From Hyphochytrium catenoides (lineage: Eukaryota; Protista; Hyphochytriomycota): 55,486 nt of DNA. Shown here in pieces: positions 36,454 to 48,265 of this stretch (its first letter is position 1; each line of letters starts with the position of its first letter). Location: NCBI GenBank assembly GCA_900088475.1, contig FLMG01004727.1, positions 1 through 55,486 on the forward strand. The letters run 5' to 3'. The translations under genes were made by a program, and so were the position numbers. The notes beneath the pieces are model-generated. The model ran no database searches, was not told the DNA's origin, and saw nothing but the letters and a program-made list of their open reading frames with translations.

Positions 36454-37134
36454 GCTTACAGCTTAGGTCCCACTTCACTGGCCTTCGCCAGTATCAGTAA
36501 CTCTTCGGGCACTGAATAAAGAGTAAACCCGAAGGGCACTTTGGATTCAGAAAGCACGGATTGCCCTCAGCACATCAGAGAGCATAACACAGCTGGAAGA
36601 CTGCCCTAATAAACTTTGTTGACGAGTGAGAATGAGAGAGATAGCTTCTGGAGAGAAGCTCTTCACTGTGCCAACGCGCAGATACTGGGTGGCGCTCTAT
36701 AGTTAACAAAGCGCCGAACGAGATGGGCCCTGTGATGTACTCTACCTTGACCTGTAAGAAGGTGATTCTCTTCTATGCTGTCGCTGCTACAGTTGAAGAG
36801 CTAATCCATCTGGTCATCTTCTCGTGTCCTGAGTCCTGACACTTCAAGGACTGCTGCCTGTTCCGCCTGTGTGTGGATGCGACCTGTGCGACGGGCTATT
36901 TTCCCTGCTGCTGTTAGTGCTTTACAGATCCCCTCAGTGTTACTCCTTCACACGGCAGCATGTAGGGCCGAGCGGGACGAGCTTGGTGTGGGCCTGCAAG
37001 TACACGTACAAGTACAAGTACTAAAGCGAGGACCAAGTATAAGTACTTTTAGGAGATTTTTCCACATAACTTCGTACCACCTATGAACTCTAGTAAGTAG
37101 CAGCAGCAACGTTATTAGTGAAAGAAGGAAGTCT

Positions 37135-37235
37135 ACGAGGACTTTGTAGCTCTCGATTTGTCTTCAATTTCTTCTTCTTCTTCTTCTTCTCCTTCTCCTT
37201 CTTCTTCTTCTTCTTCTTTTTTACGTCTTCTTGGT
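37135..37235 (+). repeat. Copy of a dispersed (TTC)n-tailed repeat
   Basis: aggactttgtagctctcgatttgtcttcaatttc followed by (TTC)n; similar to 46693-46769 and to the reverse complement of 42700-42790. Confidence 0.55.
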
Positions 37236-40052
37236 TAGTAATAGTAGTAGTAGCTATTATCCCTCTTCTTCAATGAACCATTATAAATAATAAGTAAAAC
37301 AAGGGGGATCAACAAAGAACAAGAAGGAGATGACGACAAAAGGATTGAGGAAGAAGAAGAAGAAGCAAGGAACTGTTGTTGGTCTCCTCAGGTCTCTGCC
37401 CTCCCTCGGCCATCATTTACCAAAAGAGACGAATCATACTCGGAGATGGGCTTCCTCATCGGCACCAGCTAATAAATAGCAGGAAGCTGTTCCCATATTA
37501 TTATCAGAGGATGGTAGTGACACTCTCCTGCGATGATGAAGACAGCAAGAATAAAAGCGGGTACTCCCTGGACAGCGGCAAAAAAAACGCGCGCGTTCCA
37601 CAGAAGTAGCGAGGAGTCATGATGGTATGCAATTCTACTCTTTCTTCTTTCGATCGTGCTGCTGAGGTTGATCGTTCTTCCCTCAACCAACAAGCAGGCG
37701 TTTTGAAGAAGGAAGAGAACATCAGTACTATTATGATAATCAACCTCAGCTTGACGGAAGAACTACACTCCCTCTTTCTCCTTCTTGTCCTCTAGTCATC
37801 GCAATGATCCAACAAAGATAGTAAGCTAGCGGCGGGGTGGTGGGCATAAGAAGAACGAGTAGTTATTAGCAGTAAGGATGAATGGTTGAGAAAGATCATC
37901 TTCATTTCCTGCCGAGACCGGCCGAAGTCTGACTTTAGGGCTACCGGATATTGCGCTACTTTCCTTGATCAATTGTTGCAGAGACTTTCTTGTCAGCACG
38001 CTGCTCTTCTATGCAACAGACACCTGCTGCAACAGCTCTTCTTCTCTCTTCTTTCGTGACAAAGAAAAGGAGGCGACAATCATCATCATCATCAACAACA
38101 ACACGTGTGTAAATCTCCCCTAAATAGAGCAGGAAAGTATCACAAACACCACGTAAGTGGAGAAGTTAATCTCCCAAGAGTGAAGAACGAGAAGTAGGGC
38201 GGACGGAAGGATCGAAAGACGGCGCATCCTCCTCTCTGCTGGTGGTCATCATCGAACAGATCGATACATTAACTTCTCGAAGAATCCAAAGGAGGTCAGT
38301 TGCTACACCACCTGTTCTTTTTTTATTTCCTAAGAAGAGTATTGAAAGGTTAGGGCTAACAGACCCTTGACCAACCCTTGATGAGCAGGATTTGGTTGCC
38401 TGGAGGTGAGCTGCTGCTGTTTGTACTCGTAGTAAACAAAAAAGACTTGAGGAGACGGAGCGAGCGGACCTTACTCAGTGGCTTCTCGATGGTATTATCC
38501 TATATTATACTTAGTTATTAGGGCCCCCATGCAACAAGACTACTTTTACCACACATCAACCTTGAAGTAAAGGGATGCAATCGATAGACCTCCATTGCTT
38601 CAGGCAGATCACAGTTACATCAGCTATTAGTTCTACATCAAATCACCACAAGGAGTGGAGGCCAGGTATTTTCGATGTGCGGAGGGGCCGGGCCCCCTTA
38701 CAATACAACAACCAAAGAAGTGATCACGTTTTCCGTGACCATTTACTGGGCGAAGGATGGGTGGGCTGCGGTGGGGATGATGCCGTCCCCACACGAATGA
38801 GGCGCCCATAGAACGTCCGTTACCAAGTTATGCCCTTTCTATATCTGTGCGGGTAGACCCTTTGTTCAGAGCTGTTCAATGGAGGAAGTCATCTCCAGCT
38901 GCCCTCACTGCCCCACCAGAGGCAAGAGAGAGCACAAGCAAGAACGAATGGGAGGAAGGGCAGAGTGCAGCCCATCACCACCACGGAAGGCCGTCAATAG
39001 AGTATTGCATAACTCCGTGTGAAAGTAACTTGCACAGACAGGAGGGTAAATGGCCAGGCGAGGCATGGGAGAGCAGCTATGGCAACTGCTGCTTTAAAAG
39101 CCTGCCTCGGCCGGGAGGATGGGGAACGTGGTAATACTTCCTTTTTCTTACGATCTTCTTCAGAAAGAAAAGCATAGAACAGGCCACGCATTTTCAGATA
39201 AAAGCAAGCCCGATCAGCAGGCCTGCATGCCTTTGCGCAACTGCGTCCCTCAGCCCTGGTGTCGCACCTTTCCTTTTTATGATGAGCATAAATTTGTGTG
39301 AGCGTAACCGAAGCTGGAGGGATGCCATTGTACCTATGATTGAGACCATACTCATAAAAGACTGAAGAAGCATTATCATCCCATCAGGAAAGGAAAAGGA
39401 TGTGGTAAGGGAAAGTGTCATCGTCTAAGGCAACCAACCATGCCGACTCTGCATTAAATGGCAGTGCTCACCATCTGCGTCTTGCATGCACGAACATAGG
39501 ATGACTTGGAAGACATGGAAGAAGAAGAGGGGGATGGGAACTAATTGAATGCCACTTCTTCACTCTTCGGAACGAAGTGAGGCTGGCTGGCCAGCAAGGT
39601 ATTCCCCTGTTCCCCAGAGCCTATCCTGCATCTCATCGGCGATCAGGAGAAGTCGTCTCTCTCTTTCTGAATATAAACATACACTCTACTACGCCCTCTG
39701 ACCTATCTTTCTGCGTCGCTCTCCTCCCAGCGAACCTCATCAGCGTGATGATGACGATAGAACAACCGCTGCACAATTGGATAAGCTGACGCCCCTCTGT
39801 TTTGTATTGTCAGTTAGTTCCTTCCTTTTCAGCTCAGAAACGCGGCAGTAGCTCACTAATAAAATCTTGTCCCACCGCATATAATAAAGAGTACTACGCA
39901 GCCCAAAGGTGTATGCTGACAGACAGGCTGTGGAAGTAAAGGCTATTTCAATCGCCCGGTTGCGAGAAATTTTCTTGTCCTCAGCCTCTTTCTCTATAAG
40001 TACATGGCAATTGATCTATCGCCTTCTTTGCAAGACCTAATCTGCGATAACA

Positions 40053-41920
40053 ATGGCACATGACGGCGTAGATCTTGCTCAACAATCAATCACTACTACT
40101 ATGCCACCAGCCCTGGCAGGTGACTATGTTATCCCTACCTGGGACTCTCAGCTCATTTTACTCTCATTTGTTGTCGCGGTTATGGGTAGCTTCACAGGTA
40201 CTTACTAGCTTTCCTTAGCAGTCTGGAGATTCTCGTTGTTAACCACTTTAATGCCTCCGGCAGCTGTCCTTTGTATGGAGGTTAGAAGGAGATTTTACCT
40301 AGATGACAAGTCCAAGTGGCTCCAGCGGCATCTTTTGCTATGGATATCAGCTCTGAGCCTTGGTGGCGTTGGTATTTGGACGATGCACTTTCTTGGAATG
40401 GAGGCAATGAAGCTCGAGTCTCCTCAAACAAACCAGTATCTGAAGATCCATTATTCTCTTGATCTGACAATCATCTCCCTCGTGGGCGCCGTCTTGCTCA
40501 TGTACGTCGGCCTTGTTGTGGCTTCTTTGGATGGATATGATGATATCTCCAGCCGCAACAGACAAGAGGTGGTGGTGAGTAGGCACTAGACATCACAACA
40601 AACAGTAAGAGTATTATAAGGACCATTCAGCTCACTTTGGGCCGTTCAGATGGAGCTGGTAAAGGACAAGTTGAGCTTGAGTGCCATGCTCCCGAACCAG
40701 CATAAAAAAGGTCTTTGTTGCGGCGGCGGTAGACTGCAGACGATGGTAAGTCTCTTCTGAACCTGCCCAACCTTCATCCAAGTGTAGTAGATGATGATGA
40801 TGCAGGTCGGTTCTGTTATTTATTTGGTACCATTCCTCCTTAGTGCCACAATACTTTTCTTCTCCACTGGACCATCTGCTATTGCTTAGTTTTTTCTGTC
40901 TCTCAGGGCAATGAGAGGGAAGTATGAATACTACTAGGTGGCTAACATGCAGTCACTTATATAGGCCACCATCCTTCTTCATGATCCCAAGTATATTATA
41001 TTAGGTGGGATTATTGCAGGAGGAGGAGTGTTGGAGATGCACTTCCTAGGTAGGACACTGTTTTGAAGATAGATGAAGTTCCATTATTATCGGTTTATCT
41101 CTTATTATGCTCTGACTTATGTTAGGGATGGCTGCAATGCATCTGGAGGGCGAAATAGAGTGGATTCCAGAGGTCGTGGCAGCTTCTTGCTTTATTGCGT
41201 GCACTGTTGCCACCATTGCGTTCTGGATAATGTTTCGTCTGGTGAGAACTGCGAAGAATAATAATTATCGACTTTCAAACAACCTGAGCAACGGACTCAG
41301 AAACCTGAGCAACGGACGGTTTCTCGTCCCCAAGCTTCTGGCTTCTTCTCACCATATCTCCGTTGTAACTGCTTTGCTCCGTTCCTTAGTTGGCCTTGTA
41401 CAGCCACTACCAGAGCCTTCGTCTCTTATCTTCTCTGGTGATGGGTCTTGCCGTTTGTGGCACGCACTACAGCGGCATGTACGGAGGTGAGATATCTGTT
41501 GGCCTTCCTTTCCTACTACCTACTAGCTTTCTTCGAGCTTTGCCTTGCTCATCAAAAGTTTTCCGTCGGTTTGTTATTTCTTCCCCTGTAGCGAGGTATA
41601 GATACGTCCCTCCTGCTGCGGCTGCTGAGCTGGAGGGTCTTCTAAGATCCTCCCGGGTTATGGATGGCGAAAAGGCTAGCAGGATCGCTCAACAGACATC
41701 AATGGCATGGTGCTACTTTATCGTGGTGCTTGTCATAATCCCCGTGGCGTTCGACAAGACTGGCTTGAATAGGGTTCTTCCATCACCGCCAAGAAAGTCC
41801 AAAATGAACTCCTCCCTATCCACCCGAAGCAACTATCCCGGTGCTCCAGACGTTATCAAGAGCGCTAATGTATTACCCAGCAGGATCATGCCTGATAATA
41901 ACCCCACGCTGCAACCTTGA
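40053..41920 (+). CDS. Stand-alone MHYT-domain integral membrane sensor protein, multi-exon
   Basis: WDSQLILLSFVVAVMGSFT|A, then three repeats GGVGIWTMHFLGMEAM, GGGVLEMHFLGMAAM and GLAVCGTHYSGMYG. Introns are GT-AG. No output domain was seen. Confidence 0.88.
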
Positions 41921-42409
41921 GAAGTGAGAAGATTAGGCGGCCATTTCATAAGGAACTCTACCTTTCCCCATCCAAAGGACCACCTGTACTCTTCTCCCAG
42001 CACAAATAGCCTACTATTATAGCACCGTTTTCACCTCCCAAACGGCTAATAACTTATTAGTAGCCCTACCTCATGGTAGCTTCGCTGGTGGAGAAGGCGG
42101 GTTGGCTAGATAAAGCCTCTACAAACAAGTACTCGTAGTAGGAAGAGAGACGGCCTTCTTAAATTCAAATTTTTTTTTTATATCTATAAACCATAGTCTC
42201 TATCATCATCATATTGGAGGATCATCATGGAGCAGTAAGTCACGAAGAGTAGATCAGTGTTCGGGAACAACAAGAGCTGAAGATATATACTAGGACTGCT
42301 CTTATAGTATAAAATATTTAGAAAAAAAAACATCATGTAACGAACCAGGAGCGAACACACATGTCGCCACCCCATTTCTTTGGATACGCGGTATAATATT
42401 ATTGCTATA

Positions 42410-42905
42410 AAAGAAGAAGAAGAAGAAGAAGAAGAAAAAGAAGAAAAAGAAGAAGAAGAAGAAGAAAGAGACGAGGGAGAAAAAGGAGAAGAAAAAGAGG
42501 AGTGAAAAGGAAGAAAAACAGAAGAGACAACAAGGGCGATAAAGCCTAGGTGGTAAAAATGCGGCAAAAGATTCCTCGTCGGTATAACTCTTTGCCCTCT
42601 TTCACTACTTCGCCTCCTGAGAATAATATTACGAAGGAAGAAGAGAAGTAACAGAAGAAGCAAAAGGAGAAGTAACAGAAGAAGAAGAAGGAGAAGAGGA
42701 AGAAGAAAAAGAAAAAGATAGAAGAGAAAGAAGGAGAAGGAGAAGAGGACGAAGAAGAGAATACAGAAGAGACAAGAGCTACAATTCTGGGCTCTTCAAC
42801 GCGCTCAACCGCTCTAGCCGTGCAAGCTAGAGCGAGTCCAACTGCTGACAGCGGAATGCGCTTTACAATCTGTAGCACATTATCTTCAAACCGCGAAAGA
42901 GATTT
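42410..42905 (-). repeat. Tandem copies of the dispersed (TTC)n-tailed repeat, with an F-box-like head
   Basis: Two modules (translated IVALVSSVF / IALVVSSVF), each followed by TTC-rich tails. The head at 42790-42905 is similar to 48130-48265. Confidence 0.55.
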
Positions 42906-44462
42906 TTATTTTTGGCTGCGTGGGTGGTGAGGCCCCGAGTGAGGTTACATCGACACCGCTCCATTGAGTGTCCGGTCCCTCTTATTTATAGACGATCGTG
43001 AGAAAAACACTGTGAGGGGATACTTTTATAAATAAGAGATAGCTATTCTTCCTCTTCAACTGCCCTCCTTCTTCTCTTCCATATCTTCTCTCGTCGTCTT
43101 CTGTTTTATTCTTCTAAGGTATCGTGCCGAATGAATATGTGCTGAATCTGATGAGTCGTTGGTCGAATAGCTGCTACTAGAGGTAGAACTACGGTAACAC
43201 TCAACAAGGTTTTTCTCTCTCACTCCCTTCTACTTCTATCTTCTTTGCATGTGTTGCACTTTCATCGTAGAACTTGGATATAGGAAGTAGTTCAGTAGTA
43301 GTGATAGCTAGTAAGTTTGCGACTTTATAAGTAGTTTAGCTAGTTAGCTCTAGAAGAATCACTAGACAAGAGCTTGATGAGCACTTGGTCACTTTGATCA
43401 ATCGATTCATTCCACAATCTCCTACGAAGAGCACAAGTCCAACAACACTACCTCTCAGCAAGCACTCAGCTAAAAATACTCTATGACATCCTCACAGATC
43501 TCGCTAATAAGAAGTTGTAAAACATAATACGGCCAAGAATGAGGCCAAATGAACCTTGAATGATTGAGGTGATTCAATAACCTCGCTGTCAAGCTGCCGC
43601 GCCGTAGTAGATCTAGGGCGGCGGACGTGCCGAATATTGACACCGACATGTCTCTCTTCTCTTACATTTCGATTGGAGTACTAATTACTAAGTCCTTAGA
43701 CTAACGGCCCGAAAAATTTCATTTCGCTACCTGTCGTTGTGGACCTTCATCTGGCGCTCCTTCCAGTAGTAGACACCTCCCATTCGTCGTTCTTTACCCT
43801 TCTACACAACGGATACGGACAATCACTTTGAAAGCAGCAGTATATTATTCTATTAGGACATGTTATGCGCTTTCCCTTCCTTGCTCTCTCGCGACAAAAC
43901 AATCGATATCAAGTAGCAATGCAGCAGGATTTGTTCCTACGTTGAGGAAGATCTTTGAGATCAAGGCGCAAGAAGAAGTGTAGGGCATCAAGCATGGAGA
44001 ACGAAGAAGAGAAAAGGAGAGCTTAGCGAGAAGAATAACAGCCCGGAAATAGCAATATAGCAAAGAGGTTCGAGAGAATGTATAAAGCGAAGAAGAGACT
44101 GCCGAGTGACGAGGCAAGGCTAGGTTGTTAATCATAGTCGTGGGGATGACTTCATGCAAACAGTCGTTGTTTACTCATTGATATGTATGTATAAATCATA
44201 ATCTACAGGATATCCTCATCAGGAGCTGGGTCGTCTTCTTGCCCTTTCCTGCTTTACTTCGCAAGCCCATAAACGCTAAAGCTAGCTCTAAGTCTCCCCT
44301 TAGCAGTGACTCTCGAAGATGTAAAGAACGACCGGACAAGCTCTCCTATGGAGGGACACCCATCAGGAAAGATCACGCTATGCTCTCTCTGTTTCTGCAT
44401 CTTTGGCCATACTACTTCCATTCAAGTTCCAGTCTACTCTGGTTTATAGCCTCTCTGTCGCT

Positions 44463-45373
44463 TCAGACAAGGGGGAAAAAGCGTCCTGGCGTCCATGAAA
44501 CACCTGAGTCAGCTTTGGATTGGGTAGTGGTCTCGGTCTGTGTGTTGACAGGACCAAAAAAGGCATTGCCTTGGCGAACCATCTTGACACCCGCTTTTGC
44601 AGAGGCGCTGCCGCCAGTGGAGAACAGAGCTGGAGAGCCACCTTCAGCCCGGGCATCAGACCTTCCACTAACAGGGTTGCTGCTCCCTCCAAAGAAAGGG
44701 ACAATCCTGTGGTAGACCACGCAGTCAACGATTAGACGATGCAAACTAAATAGAAGAAACCTAAAGGAGAGAAGACACTTCACACATAATACGATCAACA
44801 AGGAGAAACCTCAAGACCAAGTGCGCCGGTAATCGGAGAGATGCGAAACAGAGATAATACGGATCCCCTTCTTACAGTAAGGGTGAGAACTAGGTCATAA
44901 TAGCGGCATGCGATCATTTTGGAAAGAGTGGCAAGAACCGCAGAGGAACGGACAGTATCTCTTGCTTTTTCTCTTGGGTCATTTGCCTTCACTTACACAT
45001 TCTGAGAGTCCACTCTGACATCAACGCCTGCCTTTGCAGGTGGCTTTGGAAAGAGGAAAGTTGGCCCGTTTTGTGCGTCCGCAGAACCCTGAGCATCCAC
45101 TACTGTTCCGTCCCACCCGGCGCCCATGTTAAGCTCAGCATTGGACCCTGCAGAACCGCCGCGACCAGAGGACTCTCCCTGGCTTACCACATCTGCGCTA
45201 GTGACGGTGCCGTCGTAACCCACGACAGTGCCAGATACACGAGAGACTGCGATGTCCTGTCCGTTATCAAAGAGTCTCCTGAGGGACCTCTTCTCTGTTG
45301 ATGTCTCAGCGCTGGCACCGACGGTGAGGGCGAGGAATACGAAGATAGGGCCGGACGCTGAAAAAAACTTCAT
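44463..45373 (-). CDS. Small secreted Gly/Ser/Ala-rich protein with RSLRRL after the signal peptide; exons 45373-44997, 44706-44463
   Basis: Signal peptide MKFFSASGPIFVFLALTVGASA followed by ETSTEKRSLRRLF. A GTAAGT...CACAG intron joins the two ORFs in frame (SQNV-IVPFF). Confidence 0.7.
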
Positions 45374-46769
45374 TTTGCTGTTGTTGGGCTTGAGCTTGTC
45401 TAACACGCCAGAACCGAGGATGGGGCTTGTAAAATTGGGAAAATGCTTTTAAGACGCCTGCCTTCTTGCTGCTTGATACCCGTGCGGAATCTTATAGAAT
45501 GAAAGGGCTTGCTCGGTTCCTATCTTCCACGGTTTGGCTCTTCACCACCATGTCCTCTTCCATACCTCTCTCCACCCTATAGGTTTGAAAATCCTGTTCT
45601 CCGTAGAACTATGCTTTCTAGGTTCTACCTACTTTCAATTCAATCTGTTCCAAATAGAACCCCTGCCAGAACTGGAGAGAAAAAAGGAAGTAGCGCTCAG
45701 CTGAAACGCATCTCTTTGTCCATCCGAACCTGGAGAATCGTGACGCATCACATCAGAAAAAAGCGAAACTCCACCTGAAGAGCAGGTATTTCTACCACCA
45801 AAAGAAGACTACGACAGACAGGTCCAGAAAGGGCAGTAATAATTGTAATTAAGAGCCGGGAGCTGACGTGACTGGTGGTTTGAGTGATAGAGTCACACCA
45901 AAGACAAATAAGAGGTTCAGGGAGGGGAACATAGCAAGGGTTGCCCAGTCGAAGGAGAGGATAAACAGGTGAGAACGTCCTTTCTCAAGAACTGAAACTA
46001 GGATGAAGAGCAAGCCAGAAAGAGCAAGACCGGAGCCTGTGAGGAAACATTCGGGACGTTTCTTTGTCCCAAGAGCCCTACAGAACCTTAGGTTGCACCA
46101 ACAAAAGTTTACGGAGTTGCTCCGGCTCTGCGGTCCTGCTTGACTCAAGACTCTCCTTCCCTCTAATTATAGGTATAAATTACAGGACTATAATAAGCAA
46201 AGTACTGACAGCCAGTAGTAGTCACACACAGTATCGTACTAGGTTGAGCGGGGCGTTGCATCCAGAGCAGACGACCAGAACGACGACGAGGCGACATATC
46301 TGTGGGAGGTTCTCCTCGTCGAAGGAGAAACAAAGAATAGAGCTCAGCCAATAATGAAGGGTTTTATTCTTGGTCAGGGTTTCTTGATTTGAGGTGATCA
46401 TTGCACTAGAACTATCCCTAGGAACTAGGAACAACTTATTAGCTCTTCTTTGTAGTAGGACCATGAACACCTCTCATCTTTCTTTGCCCGGTCCTTCCTT
46501 GCCAGAGGTCGGAATGTTATGTATGATCATTATGTTTTTTATAACTGTTTTTATGCTAACTCAAAAGTGACTAATAGGCAGCGCTGCGAAGAAAAAACAG
46601 AATCGCTAGGATCTAGTTGGCAGCGGGTCTTCTAAAAGAAGGAGAGAAAGAGGTGTGTACCATGAAAAAACTTCGAAGTTGAGGAAGAGTCCAGGACTTA
46701 TGTAGTTCTGTCTCGTCTTCAATTTCGTCTTCTTCTCCTTCTTTCTCTTCTCCTCATCCTCCTACTTCT

Positions 46770-46863
46770 NNNNNNNNNNNNNNNNNNNNNNNNNNNNNNN
46801 NNNNNNNNNNNNNNNNNNNNNNNNNNNNNNNNNNNNNNNNNNNNNNNNNNNNNNNNNNNNNNN
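46770..46863. other. Assembly gap (N run)
   Basis: Run of N directly after a TTC/CTC-rich repeat tail. Confidence 1.
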
Positions 46864-47576
46864 CTTGCCTGATGAGGCGGTGTCGGAAGAAGTGGACATC
46901 GCGTTTTTTTAAAAAAATAAAACCATCATTATTTATGAAATCAGGAGCAAACGGCGTCGTCGCCATTTCCTTTGACTGAAGAAGAGAAACAAACGGCACA
47001 TTTTACCGCAAAAGAGTTTTCTTATGGGTAAAATCTAATTCTACACATATGTCTAAGAATTCTACAAGAAAGGACTACAGCACAAGTGAAGAGATGAGAC
47101 AAGCTGCCATCCGAATATTTTATGAGGGGCATAGAATCTCGAGAAAGCTGTTCTTTGCCTCTTCTGTTCTCCTCTTCGTTTTCTGTTTCTCCCAGGTCTA
47201 CAGTCGTTCCTACCGAATGATAGAACTGCTGAGTGCCGATGATGACTCGCAGCTCGAAACGCTGCTAGAAGTACGAGTAGAACTATGATAGTACATAGTG
47301 CTTTTCAGTCTCCTGCTTTCTCTCTTACGGTACATCAGAGGTGCACGCTGACAACTTCGGAAAAGGAAAATCCCCGGCCCAGTTGGCTGACACACCCGAG
47401 AGCACACAGAATAGGCTCGTCTATATCTTAGTCACGCCTATCACTGCCGGTCACAAACCCTGGTGATTGAGGCATGGCTTGGCTCTCTCCAATGACTGCC
47501 AAGCGATGCAGGCTATTATTTTTTTTCTCTTCCTTGCTGCCTCGCAGCGTCTAAAGTTGATGATGATGACAGCAGC

Positions 47577-48265
47577 GTTTGATGGTTCACCTCCTCCTCC
47601 TTCTTCTCCCCCTTATTATCACTGAGGAAATCAATTATGATTCTTCCTTTACTGATGATGGGCGTGGAGGAGATCGAGTTGAGGCGGAGGAGACCAAGGC
47701 TATATATAGCCTTCCTTGTTTCTTTTCTTCTTCTTCGTTATATACTTCTTCTTCTTCCTCCTCTTCTTCTTCATCGTTCTTCATCCTTTACTTCTTCTTT
47801 TACTTCTTGGTAGTTATTAGTATGGAAAAAGGAGATAAAATAGCAGAAGGAGTAAAAGCAGAAGTAAAAAATGAAGAAGAAGAGGAAGAAGAAGAGTATA
47901 TAGAACGGATGATAGCTAATACCAAAAGAAGAAATAAAAGGTGAAGAAGAACAAGAATTAGAAACAAGAAAAGCTAAAACACCTTGGCTCAATCTCCTCC
48001 ACGCTCATCATCAGTGAAGGAAGAATCATATTTGATCTCCTCAGTGAGGAGTCCTCAGCGTTAATGTGATAATAATGATGGGGAGAAGAAGGAGGAGGAG
48101 GTGAACCACCAACCACAATGTCATAAACCGTCAAGCTTGACCGCGCAAGGCAAGTAGACCTAAGCGAAAGGTCCAACGTCCAACTGTCCAACTGCTCAAC
48201 AAGAGGAATACGCTTCAAAATCTGAAGAAGCGCATTTTCTTCATGAAACGCCATAGAGATTCTCG
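47577..48265. repeat. Inverted (tail-to-tail) pair of repeat copies forming a long foldback
   Basis: 47580-47690 (ggttcacctcctcctccttcttctcccc...atgattcttcctttactgatgatgggcgtggaggagat) is the reverse complement of ~47985-48110. The spacer is TTC-rich and then GAA-rich. Confidence 0.85.

Noticed and set aside
36505-36600. Two small hairpins followed by ACA (H/ACA snoRNA-like)
   Set aside because: The hairpins overlap and there is no H box between them.
41281-41317. 16-bp direct repeat aacctgagcaacggac
   Set aside because: Only two copies inside an intron; a local duplication, not a CRISPR or other array.
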